51,717 nt of DNA from Candidatus Eiseniibacteriota bacterium (lineage in GTDB: Bacteria > Eisenbacteria > RBG-16-71-46 > SZUA-252): contig DASTBC010000035.1 in NCBI GenBank assembly GCA_035712245.1, positions 1 to 51,717 of the forward strand. The letters are read 5' to 3'. Positions 27,236 through 35,641 of the stretch are shown here, in pieces. Position 1 is the stretch's first letter; every line of letters starts with the position of its first letter. The translations under genes and the position numbers were made by a program. Below the pieces are notes generated by a model. The model saw only the letters and a list, made by a program, of their open reading frames with translations, made no database searches and was not told where the DNA came from.

Positions 27236-29658
27236 GGGCGTGTACCCGGCCCCGCGGGCGAGCCCCGCAGCGCCGCTCCGAACTTCGTCGTGAGCGCATG
27301 GACGATGGCCTCGATCGCCCCGTCCACGTCCCGATCCGACAGGGTCCGGTCCGGGGAACGGAACTCGAGAGCGTATGCCATGCTCTTCCTTCCTTCGCCG
27401 ATCGCGCGTCCCTCGAACACGTCGAAGAGACGCACTCCCGAGAGGAACGGCCCTCCCGCTTCCCGGATCGTGCGCATGAGCTCGCCATGGTGCGCCTCGC
27501 GAGGCACGACCACCGCGAGATCCCGCTTCGAGGCCGGAAAGCGCGGAATGTCCGCGTACTTCCGCACGCCGGGCGCGGCCTTCCCGATCGATGCGACATC
27601 GAGGACCGCGGCCCACGCGGGCTGATCCAATCCCAGGCGCTCCGCCAGAGACGGCGCGATCTCGCCGATCTCCGCCACGGAGTCCCCCGTCGCCAGGATC
27701 CGGGCTCCGGTGCCGTGTTTCCAGTGGGCCCCATGGTAGGTTGTGGTCCCACACGAGTCAATTCCCAAAGCCTCCAGAAGCGCTTCAACGGCGCCCTTGA
27801 GCTCGAGGAGGCGATCCGTCTCGGCACCCGGGCGGTCCCACTCGTCCGGGAGACCCGCCACGAGGAGCGCCGCCTCGTGCCGCTCGGAGCCGATCGGAGG
27901 CGGGACGGCACGGAACACCTTGCCGGCTTCCACGAGCCTCACGTCCCGCACGCCCTGATGGAGATTCCGGACCGCGCTCGCGAGGAGCCCCGGCAGGAGA
28001 CCGACACGCAGGTGTTTCAGCTCGCGGCTCATCGGATTCTGGAGCTCCCAGATCTCCCCGTCGGGAATGGCTTCCCGGGCTTCCGGAGGGATCTCGCCCA
28101 CGAGCACCGTGCTCAGGGCCTCGTGGAACCCCAGGCCGAGCGCGACCTCGACGATCCGATCGGCGACGCGCTCCGGCTGCGGCTCCAGGGAACGGGGCGG
28201 CACGGGCATGGCGCGCACCCGGAGCGGGATCGCGTCGTATCCGACGACACGCCCCACTTCCTCGATCAGGTCTTCCTCGATCTCGAGATCCTTGCGAAAG
28301 GACGGCACGCCGAACGTCGCGACCAGGTCTCCGTTCCGGGGCGACCACGAGCTCACGGCGGGGATCCCGAGCGTCGCGAGCGCGTCCGTCGCGACCGAGG
28401 GCTCCATCTCCACGCCGAGAAGGCTCGTCAGCCTGCGGTGGCGGAGCGCGACCGTTCCGGGCTCCGCGCGGCCGGGCCACTGGTCCGCGACATCGCTCAG
28501 GACCGTGCCTTCCGCAGTCTCCGCGAGGAGCCGGGCCACCGCATCGAGGGCGCGCGCGACCCCGTCGGGATCGACGCCCTGCGCGAAGCGCGCGGCCGCG
28601 TCGCTCGCGATGCCCAGCGATCGGGCCGTCTCCTGCGTGAGCTTCGCGTCGAACTGCGCGCTCTCGAGCACGACGTCCGTGGTGACGTCCGTCACGCCGG
28701 ACTCGATCCCGCCCATCACGCCCGCGAGCGCCATCGCCTTGGAGGCGTCGGCGATCACGAGGTGCGCGGGAGCGAGCGCCACGTCGCGCCCGTCGAGGAG
28801 CGTGAGCCGCTCTCCGGCGCGCGCGCGCCGGACGCGGATCTCGTACCCGCCGACCTTCGCGGCGTCGAACGCGTGGATCGGCTGGCCGTATTCGCGAAGC
28901 ACGTAGTTGGTCGCGTCCACGACGTTGTTGATGCTCCGGAACCCCGTGGCCTCGAGCCTCCGGCGGAGCCAGTCCGGCGCGGGCCCCACCTTCACGCCGC
29001 GCACGACGCGCGCCATGTACCGGGGACAATCGCGCGGATCCTCGATCGAGACCCCGGGGAGCTTCCCCGCTCCCTTGGCCTCGAGCTTCGGCGCCTCACG
29101 GAGCGCCGTCCGGCGCGCGGAGGCGATCTCCCGCGCGAGGCCGATCACGGCGTCGCAGTCGGTCCGGTTCGAGGTGACCTCGACGTCCAGGATCGTGTCC
29201 GATCCTCCGACGGCTTCCGCGAGCGGCACGCCGATCGCCGGCTCGCCGGGCAGGACCCAGATTCCCTGGGACTCCTCGCTCCGCCCGAGCTCGCGCTCGG
29301 AGCAGATCATTCCCTCGGACTCGACCCCGCGGATCTTGCTCTTCCGGAGCTTCGTCCCGTCCGGGAGCTTGCTCCCGATCTTGGCGAGCGCGATGCGCTG
29401 TCCCGCGGCCACGTTCGGGGCCCCGCACACGACCGAGAGTCGGGCCGAGCCGATGTCCACCGTGCAGAGCCGGAGCCGGTCCGCGTTCGGATGCGGCGAG
29501 ACCTCGAGGACGTGGCCGACCACGATCTCCGGATCGAAGGACGTGCCCCGCTCGAGCGACTGCACCGGGAACCCGCGCGACGCGAGGATTCCCGCCAGCT
29601 CCTCGGGCTCCGCCGGAAGCTCCACCCAGTCGCGCAACCAGCTCCACGTCACCTTCAC
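27232..29658 (-). CDS. pheT: Phenylalanine--tRNA ligase beta subunit
   Basis: 808 aa. Has the N-terminal tRNA-binding OB domain (MKVTWSWLRDWVEL...HPNADRLRLCTVD), B3/4 and B5 domains, and a C-terminal FDX-ACB domain (DLAVVV...LFDVFEG...S.AY.LEFR). Confidence 0.95.
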   Translation of the reverse strand: MKVTWSWLRDWVELPAEPEELAGILASRGFPVQSLERGTSFDPEIVVGHVLEVSPHPNADRLRLCTVDIGSARLSVVCGAPNVAAGQRIALAKIGSKLPDGTKLRKSKIRGVESEGMICSERELGRSEESQGIWVLPGEPAIGVPLAEAVGGSDTILDVEVTSNRTDCDAVIGLAREIASARRTALREAPKLEAKGAGKLPGVSIEDPRDCPRYMARVVRGVKVGPAPDWLRRRLEATGFRSINNVVDATNYVLREYGQPIHAFDAAKVGGYEIRVRRARAGERLTLLDGRDVALAPAHLVIADASKAMALAGVMGGIESGVTDVTTDVVLESAQFDAKLTQETARSLGIASDAAARFAQGVDPDGVARALDAVARLLAETAEGTVLSDVADQWPGRAEPGTVALRHRRLTSLLGVEMEPSVATDALATLGIPAVSSWSPRNGDLVATFGVPSFRKDLEIEEDLIEEVGRVVGYDAIPLRVRAMPVPPRSLEPQPERVADRIVEVALGLGFHEALSTVLVGEIPPEAREAIPDGEIWELQNPMSRELKHLRVGLLPGLLASAVRNLHQGVRDVRLVEAGKVFRAVPPPIGSERHEAALLVAGLPDEWDRPGAETDRLLELKGAVEALLEALGIDSCGTTTYHGAHWKHGTGARILATGDSVAEIGEIAPSLAERLGLDQPAWAAVLDVASIGKAAPGVRKYADIPRFPASKRDLAVVVPREAHHGELMRTIREAGGPFLSGVRLFDVFEGRAIGEGRKSMAYALEFRSPDRTLSDRDVDGAIEAIVHALTTKFGAALRGSPAGPGTRP

Positions 29659-29667
29659 GCGCGCACC

Positions 29668-30681
29668 CTAGAATTGCCTCAGGAAACGAATATCGTTCTC
29701 GTAGAAGAGCCGGAGATCCGGGACCCCGTGGCGCAGCATCACGAGGCGCTCGATTCCCGCTCCGAACGCGAACCCGCTCCAGCGCTCCGGGTCGTAGCCG
29801 ACCGTGCGGAGCACGTTGGGGTGGACCATGCCCGCGCCGAGCACCTCGAGCCATCCGCCCGAGAGCGGGCCGCACACGGAGCACCCCTTCCCACCGCAGA
29901 AGAAGCACCGGACGTCCACCACCGCTCCGGGCTCGACGAAGGGATAGTGCGAAGGGACGAACCGGAGCTCGGTCCTCGGGCCGAAGAACTCCTTCAGGAA
30001 CCGGTCGAGGGTTCCCTTGAGGTCGCCCAGGCTCACGCCCTCGTCGACGTAGAGCCCCTCGACCTGGTGGAACTCGAAGTGATGCGTCGCGTCGACGGCC
30101 TCGTTCCGGTACGCGCGTCCCGGGCAGATGATGCGCACCGGGGGCTGCGTCTTCTCCATCACGCGGATCTGGACCGAGGACGTGTGCGCGCGCAGGAGGA
30201 CGCCCGGACGCAGATAGAAGGTGTCCGTCATCGCGCGCGCCGGATGGCCCTCGGGGATGTTGAGCGCGCCGAAGTTGTGATGGTCGTCCTCGACGTCCGG
30301 TCCGGATGCCACCGAGAATCCGAGACCGTGGAAGATCTCCTGGATCTCGAGGATGACCGAGTGGAGCAGGTGCCGGTGCCCGACCGGAGGGCGCCGGCCG
30401 GGAAGCGTGACGTCACGCGCCTCGGAGGGCGCCGACGCCGCCTTGAGGCGCGACTCCGCGTCGACGAGCAGGGACTCGAGCCGGCGCCGCGTCTCGTTCG
30501 CTCGCGCGCCCACGCGCGTACGCTCCTCCGGCGAGAGGTCCTTGAGCCCGCGCAGGATTCCGGTGAGCTCGCTCTTCCGGCCGAGGAAGCGGACGCGCGC
30601 CGCTTCCAGGTCCGCGGGAGTGGCGGCGCCGGAAAGCGCGCGCTCCCCCTCGGCGCGGAGGGCGTCGAGTCGTTCGATCAC
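29668..30681 (-). CDS. pheS: Phenylalanine--tRNA ligase alpha subunit
   Basis: 337 aa with class II motifs (GHPARAMTDTFYL, RAHTSSVQIR, PGRAYRNE...THHFEFHQVEG, GAGMVHPNV...GFAFGAGIERL). Confidence 0.95.
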   Translation of the reverse strand: MIERLDALRAEGERALSGAATPADLEAARVRFLGRKSELTGILRGLKDLSPEERTRVGARANETRRRLESLLVDAESRLKAASAPSEARDVTLPGRRPPVGHRHLLHSVILEIQEIFHGLGFSVASGPDVEDDHHNFGALNIPEGHPARAMTDTFYLRPGVLLRAHTSSVQIRVMEKTQPPVRIICPGRAYRNEAVDATHHFEFHQVEGLYVDEGVSLGDLKGTLDRFLKEFFGPRTELRFVPSHYPFVEPGAVVDVRCFFCGGKGCSVCGPLSGGWLEVLGAGMVHPNVLRTVGYDPERWSGFAFGAGIERLVMLRHGVPDLRLFYENDIRFLRQF

Positions 30682-30694
30682 GATCGGATCGCCG

Positions 30695-31057
30695 CTACGC
30701 GGCGACGGCTGCTTGTTTGGCCACCTCGGCCAGGCGGGCGAACGCGTCCGCGTCCCGGACCGCGAGATCGGCGAGGATCTTCCGGTCGATGTCGACCTGG
30801 GCGGCCTTGAGACCGCGGATGAACGCGTTGTACGACAGTCCGTGCAGGCGGGCCGCCGCGTTGATGCGGACGATCCAGAGCTTCCGGAACTCGCGCTTCT
30901 TCGCGCGGCGGTCCCGGTAGGCGAACTGCATGCTGCGCATCAGGGTCTCTTTGGCGGTCTGATAGAGCTTGCGGCGGCCGCCTCGGTTCCCCTTGGCGGC
31001 GGTCATCACCTTCTTGCGCCGCTTCAGACCCGGTACGACGGTTTTGGTGCGTGGCAT
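30695..31057 (-). CDS. rplT: 50S ribosomal protein L20
   Basis: [37 protein letters not shown]...[25 protein letters not shown]. Confidence 0.96.
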   Translation of the reverse strand: MPRTKTVVPGLKRRKKVMTAAKGNRGGRRKLYQTAKETLMRSMQFAYRDRRAKKREFRKLWIVRINAAARLHGLSYNAFIRGLKAAQVDIDRKILADLAVRDADAFARLAEVAKQAAVAA

Positions 31058-31101
31058 GGCTGGTCCCCTTCCCTCCTCTTAGGCGGGAGCCCGTGCGGGC
31101 T

Positions 31102-31302
31102 CTAGCCGCCGTACGGCAAGAGCTTCTGGATGTGGCGCCGCTCGGTCGGCTCCGTGATGGCGGACTGGTGGAGCTTGCGCTTGCGTTTCCGGCTCTTCAG
31201 TCCCAGGTGATGCCGCGCGAACGCGTGCGCGCGCTTCACCTTTCCGCTTCCCGTGCGCTTGAAGCGCTTCGCGGCCGCACGGTTGGTCTTCATCTTGGGC
31301 AT
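31102..31302 (-). CDS. rpmI: 50S ribosomal protein L35
   Basis: MPKMKTNRAAAKRFKRTGSGKVKRAHAFARHHL..K...KRKL. Confidence 0.95.
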   Translation of the reverse strand: MPKMKTNRAAAKRFKRTGSGKVKRAHAFARHHLGLKSRKRKRKLHQSAITEPTERRHIQKLLPYGG

Positions 31303-31310
31303 CGTGACTC

Positions 31311-31934
31311 CTACGGTTGAGGCGACTCGGCCTTCGGTGCCTTGCTCGAAGCGGTCGGGGCCGCCGAGGCGGCCGCGCCCGGCGACGCCGGCGGCTTCTT
31401 CTCGACGGGACGCGTCGTGACGGGCTTCGGCACCATCAGGAGCACCATGCTCCGGCCTTCCATGCGCGCCGGGATCTCGACCTGCCCCACCCCCTCGAGA
31501 TCCTTCACGACCTTCTGGAGGAGACGGGTGCCGGCCTCGGGATGCGCCATCTCCCGGCCGCGAAACACCACCGTGAACTTCACCTTGTCATGCAGCTCGA
31601 GGAACTTGCGGCCATGCTCGACCTTGAATCGGTAGTCGTGCTCCTCGATCTTGGGCCTGAGCTTGACTTCCTTGAGATGCGTGATGTGCTGCTTCTTGCG
31701 CGCCTTCTGCTGCTTCTTGTTCTGCTCGTACTTGAACTTCCCGAAGTCCATCACCCGGCAGACCGGCGGCTTGGCCGTGGGCGAGACCTCGACGAGATCC
31801 AGGCCCCGCTCCTGCGCGAACGTCAGCGCTTCACGGATGCCCAGGATTCCGACCTGCTCCCCGTCGGGTCCGATGACACGGACCTGCGGGATGCGGATGC
31901 GGTCGTTCACGCGAATTTCCTTGGTGCTAGCGAT
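31311..31934 (-). CDS. infC: Translation initiation factor IF-3, probably with a non-AUG (AUC) start
   Basis: IRVNDRIRIPQVRVIGPDGEQVGILGIREALTFAQERGLDLVEVSP...KEVKLRP.IEEHDY..K. In-frame upstream codons read I-A-S-T-K-E-I-R before the track's GTG (31910), with an in-frame stop at 31947-31949. A ggaggg RBS (31941-31946) lies 6 nt before ATC 31934. ATT 31916 and GTG 31910 are alternatives. Confidence 0.9.
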   Translation of the reverse strand: MASTKEIRVNDRIRIPQVRVIGPDGEQVGILGIREALTFAQERGLDLVEVSPTAKPPVCRVMDFGKFKYEQNKKQQKARKKQHITHLKEVKLRPKIEEHDYRFKVEHGRKFLELHDKVKFTVVFRGREMAHPEAGTRLLQKVVKDLEGVGQVEIPARMEGRSMVLLMVPKPVTTRPVEKKPPASPGAAASAAPTASSKAPKAESPQP

Positions 31935-32146
31935 CGGTAGTCCCTCCTACGGTCGGGGAAACGGTTTCAAGCGGCAGGAAGCGCGGCTCGATCGGGGAGA
32001 TCGTGTCGGATCGCGACGCGGGTTCGCGTCAGCCCCGAAACCGGCTCGCGCCCTGGTGGCGGTGCCGGGAGAACCCCGGTAGCGTTGCGCCTCGGGGTGA
32101 GAAGCCGGCGGCTCCTGCTTGGCCTAACAACAAGCGAATGGAGAGT

Positions 32147-34063
32147 CTACGTTCTGCCCCGGATCTCCGCAACGAGTTTTTCGACGAAGGCGTCCAGGGG
32201 CAGGGACCCTTCGTTCCCCTTCTTCCGGCTCCGGACCGAGACCGCGCGGTTCTCGACCTCCTGGCGGCCCAGAACCAGCATGTACGGGATCTTGAGAAGC
32301 TCCGCGTCCCGGATCTTGGCTCCCATCTTCTCCTCGCGGAGGTCCGCCTCGACCCGGATCCCCTGGTTCAGGAGCAAGGTCCGGATCTCCTCGGCGTAGG
32401 GGATCTGGGCGTCCGCGATGGTGATGAGCTGCACCTGGACGGGGGCGATCCAGACCGGGAAGTCGCCGCCGTAGTGCTCGATCAGGGTCGCGAAGAACCG
32501 CTCCATCGAACCCAGGAGCGCCCGGTGGATCATGAAGACCTGGTGCTCCTGCCCATCCGAGCCGACGTAGTTCACCTCGAACCGCCGCGGCAGGTTGAAG
32601 TCGAACTGGACGGTCGAGCACTGCCACGCGCGTCCGAGCGCATCGCTGATCTTGATGTCGATCTTGGGCCCGTAGAAGACCGCCTCGCCCTCGGCGCGGT
32701 GGTAGACGATCCCAGCCCGCTTCACGACGCGCTCGAGCGCGCCTTCGGCCAGCTCCCAATCCTCGTCCGTGCCCATGTAGTCCTGCTTCCGGTCCGGGTC
32801 CCGGACCGAGAGCTCGACCCTGTAGTCCTTGAAGCCGAACGTGTCGAGCATGAACCGGGCGAACTCGAGCACCTTCTCGAGCTCGGGCTCGACCTGCTCC
32901 CGGGTGCAGAAGAGGTGGGCGTCGTCCTGGGTGAATCCGCGCACGCGCGCGAGCCCGTGCAGCACGCCGGACTTCTCGTACCGGTACACGGTTCCCAGCT
33001 CGGCGATCCGGATCGGGAGCTCCCGGTACGAGTGCTTCTTCCCCTGGTAGATCAGGATGTGGAAGGGGCAGTTCATCGGCTTGAGCACGTATTCCCGCTC
33101 GTCGATCTCCAGGAAGTACATGTTCTCGCGATAGAAGTTGGTGTGCCCCGACCGCTCCCAGAGGTCCGCCTGCGCGATGTGCGGCGTGTTCACGATCGTG
33201 TAGCCGCGCCGCAGGTGCTCCTCCTTCCAGAAGTCCTCGATCACGCGGCGCATCGCCGCGCCGTGCGGATGCCAGAAGATGAGCCCGCCGCCGGCGATCT
33301 CCTGCACGCTGTAGAGGTCGAGCGAGTGCCCCACCTTGCGGTGGTCGCGGAGCTTGGCCTGCTCCAGCCGCTCGAGGTGCTCCTTCAGCCGATCCTTGGA
33401 CGGGAACGCGGTGCCGTAGATGCGCTGGAGCATCGGGCGGTTCGAGTCGCCCCGCCAGTACGCCCCCGCGACGGAGAGGAGCTTGAAGTGCTTCAGCATC
33501 TTGGTGCGCGGCACGTGCGGTCCGCGGCAGAGATCGGTGAAGAAGGAGTGCGTGTAGGTGCTCACGGTGGGATCCGGGAGTCCCTCGATCAGCTCGACCT
33601 TGAAGGTCTCGCCCTCGGAGCGGAATTTCTCGAGCGCCTTGTCGCGCGGAAGCTCCCCGCGCTGGAAGAGGTGGTTCTCTTCCGCGATCTCGTGCATGGA
33701 GGTCTCGATCTTCGCGAGATCCTCGGGCTGGAACGGCCGCTCCACCTGGAAGTCGTAGTAGAACCCCTCCTCGATGGCGGGCCCGATCGCGAGCTTGGTC
33801 CCCGGGAAGAGCTTCACGACTGCGGACGCCATGAGGTGCGCGGTCGAGTGGCGGAGCACGGCGAGCCCTTCCGGGTCCTCGACCGGGATGAGCTCGATCT
33901 TCCCCGATTCCTGGATCGGAGTGTGGAAGTCCACGACGCGCCCGTTCAGGCGCGCGGCGACGCCCTTGCGGAACGCCTCCTGGTACTGCTCGTGGAAGAT
34001 GGCGCCGAGGGTAGACCCGGGCGCCGCCTCGAGCCGTTTTCCGTCGACCTCGAGCTGGATCAT
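32147..34063 (-). CDS. thrS: Threonine--tRNA ligase
   Basis: Has TGS (MIQLEVDGKRLEAAPGSTLGAIF), SAD (HSTAHLMA), a class II core (RGFTQDDAH, FYGPKID) and an anticodon-binding domain. Start set at ATG 34063 because the track start (34147) would overlap tRNA-Val. Confidence 0.94.
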   Translation of the reverse strand: MIQLEVDGKRLEAAPGSTLGAIFHEQYQEAFRKGVAARLNGRVVDFHTPIQESGKIELIPVEDPEGLAVLRHSTAHLMASAVVKLFPGTKLAIGPAIEEGFYYDFQVERPFQPEDLAKIETSMHEIAEENHLFQRGELPRDKALEKFRSEGETFKVELIEGLPDPTVSTYTHSFFTDLCRGPHVPRTKMLKHFKLLSVAGAYWRGDSNRPMLQRIYGTAFPSKDRLKEHLERLEQAKLRDHRKVGHSLDLYSVQEIAGGGLIFWHPHGAAMRRVIEDFWKEEHLRRGYTIVNTPHIAQADLWERSGHTNFYRENMYFLEIDEREYVLKPMNCPFHILIYQGKKHSYRELPIRIAELGTVYRYEKSGVLHGLARVRGFTQDDAHLFCTREQVEPELEKVLEFARFMLDTFGFKDYRVELSVRDPDRKQDYMGTDEDWELAEGALERVVKRAGIVYHRAEGEAVFYGPKIDIKISDALGRAWQCSTVQFDFNLPRRFEVNYVGSDGQEHQVFMIHRALLGSMERFFATLIEHYGGDFPVWIAPVQVQLITIADAQIPYAEEIRTLLLNQGIRVEADLREEKMGAKIRDAELLKIPYMLVLGRQEVENRAVSVRSRKKGNEGSLPLDAFVEKLVAEIRGRT

Positions 34064-34107
34064 GACCTGTGTTGTCCGTTCGGGTGTCGGTTCGATCTCG
34101 GAAAAGA

Positions 34108-34184
34108 TGGTGGGCGATAGTGGACTTGAACCACTGACCCCCTGCATGTCAAGCAGGTACTCTAACCAGCTGAGCTAATCGCCC
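34108..34184 (-). tRNA. tRNA-Val(GAC), CCA encoded
   Basis: The reverse complement is GGGCGATTAGCTCAGCTGGTTAGAGTACCTGCTTGACATGCAGGGGGTCAGTGGTTCAAGTCCACTATCGCCCACCA. Acceptor GGGCGAT/ATCGCCC, anticodon stem CCTGC/GCAGG with loop TTGACAT, and T-arm CAGTGGTTCAAGTCCACTA. Confidence 0.93.
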
Positions 34185-34314
34185 ATCGTTTGTGGCGCAG
34201 GAGTTTAACAACTTCCCGCGGGTCCTGCCACCCCCTGATTTGCCTGGTCGGAGCCGCGTTTGCCATGCGTCGGCCTGGGCTGCTCACTCGTTCCGGGCGA
34301 GGCGGAGTCGAGAA

Positions 34315-34686
34315 CTAGAACGGGTGGATGTCGTCCGTGATCGTGCCGAGGACGATCGTTCCCGGGGGCACGGCGGTGCCGATCGGATCCGGCTCGTCGA
34401 GGATGGCCGTGGGAGCGACGCTTCCCTCGGGAAACTCGAGCGTGAATTCGTGAACCCCCGGCGCGATTCCCTCGAACGACTTCTCGTCCGGGTACGTTCC
34501 GTTCCCATTGTTGAAGTAGCCGAGGCAACGGCCATCCACCAGCGCGTCGGTCGTGTTCTCCACCTTGAGGACCACGCTCGTCCCCTCGATCGTCGCGTCG
34601 ACGATCTGAAGCTCCTTGCTGCTTCCCTGGGCCCCCGTGGACAGAGCCAGTCCCAGCGCGACGATTGCGTACCCTGCGAGCCTCAT
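34315..34686 (-). CDS. Small secreted protein of unknown function
   Basis: aaggaggg RBS then ATG 34686. Signal peptide MRLAGYAIVALGLALSTGAQG, followed by a beta-rich ~100-aa domain. High GC3. Sits 25 nt downstream of the outer-membrane barrel gene. Confidence 0.6.
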   Translation of the reverse strand: MRLAGYAIVALGLALSTGAQGSSKELQIVDATIEGTSVVLKVENTTDALVDGRCLGYFNNGNGTYPDEKSFEGIAPGVHEFTLEFPEGSVAPTAILDEPDPIGTAVPPGTIVLGTITDDIHPF

Positions 34687-34711
34687 CGGTAGTTCCCTCC
34701 TTGCCGGCGCG

Positions 34712-35641
34712 TCACAGCCCCCCGCCCCAACGGTACTGCCAGGCGAGTCCGAACGCATCGTAGTTGTTCCCCGTGCGTGCGTACACCCCGCTGTTGTAGT
34801 GCGCCTTCACCGAGTGTCGGAGATCGATGGGGAACGACAGCGTTCCTCCCAGACGCCAGTTCTGCTGGAGATTCCGGTCCAGCTGTCCGTCGACGGTCGT
34901 CCGCCCGCCGTTCCAGTACATGGCGCTGACGGAGCCCCAGATGCCGGATCGAAACGCGTGGATCACGCTCCCCTGGACGGAGGCGAGCGGAGCCTGTTCC
35001 CGGACGCTTCCGCCGTAGAAGCTCTCGTTGTCGGAAAAGAACGTCGTGCCTCCCGCCACCTCGAAGATCCAGCGCCGAACGGCGCGGGACGCGCCGATCT
35101 CGCCCTTCACGGTCCACCGGTTGGCGCCAATGTTGACCAGCCGGCTCGGATCGTACTGTCCGATCGGAATCCACGCGATCACGCTGGCGCCGACGAGCAG
35201 CTTCTGGCGGTACGCGCGATACTCGGGCAACCGGAGCGACGGAGCGCCCAGGAGATTGACCGAGAGCCGGACCCGGGCGTCGGCGAGCCCGTCGACGACG
35301 CGGTCCACCCGCTCCTCCCGGTAATCCGCGGAGCCCGAGAGAAACGTGTACGGCAGGATCACGTCCACCTTTCCGGACGTGCCCCACAGGTCGATCACGC
35401 GGCCGTATCCCAGGAGGGCGCTCTGGGTCCGGAGGTCGGGATTCCTGATCGGCAGGGCGGGGTCGAACGACAGACCGTCCTCGGTACGAACGTACCCGGC
35501 GACGAGGAAGTTCACGCCGATGGGGGCGTTCGAGTACGCGCGCGGCTCGATGTCCTGCGCGAGAGCTCCGGCAGCCGGAAGGAGTGCGACGAGCGAGAGA
35601 AGCGAGAGCGCGAACGCTCCCGGACTCCGGCTAGTGACCAC
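34712..35641 (-). CDS. Outer-membrane beta-barrel, transporter family ('MetA-pathway of phenol degradation'-like)
   Basis: Signal peptide ...LLPAAGALAQD, then IEPRAYSNAPIGVNFLVAGY. Alternating beta-strand pattern, with a C-terminal aromatic-rich terminal strand (AFGLAWQYRWGGGL, not ending in a terminal Phe). Family assignment is from memory of the motif. Confidence 0.65.
   Translation of the reverse strand: MVTSRSPGAFALSLLSLVALLPAAGALAQDIEPRAYSNAPIGVNFLVAGYVRTEDGLSFDPALPIRNPDLRTQSALLGYGRVIDLWGTSGKVDVILPYTFLSGSADYREERVDRVVDGLADARVRLSVNLLGAPSLRLPEYRAYRQKLLVGASVIAWIPIGQYDPSRLVNIGANRWTVKGEIGASRAVRRWIFEVAGGTTFFSDNESFYGGSVREQAPLASVQGSVIHAFRSGIWGSVSAMYWNGGRTTVDGQLDRNLQQNWRLGGTLSFPIDLRHSVKAHYNSGVYARTGNNYDAFGLAWQYRWGGGL

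Noticed and set aside
27298-30810. 1170-aa plus-strand ORF, the longest in the track apart from the kinase.
   Set aside because: It lies exactly antisense to pheT and pheS, which have unmistakable aaRS motifs. Its product is an R/G/P/D/E-rich low-complexity string with no domain signatures. This is a typical high-GC shadow ORF.
31935-32146. The 212-nt thrS-infC spacer as a possible L20-responsive leader or other riboregulator.
   Set aside because: Only short GC hairpins (for example gacgcg-ggtt-cgcgtc) were seen. I could not recognise the L20-leader or any riboswitch consensus by eye, so it is left uncalled pending a covariance-model scan.
32003-34120. 705-aa plus-strand ORF.
   Set aside because: It is antisense to thrS.
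34064-34147. The ORF-track start of thrS at 34147.
   Set aside because: That extension (MQGVSGSSPLSPTIFSEIEP...) would overlap tRNA-Val(GAC) at 34108-34184. ThrS similarity begins at MIQLEVDGK (ATG 34063).
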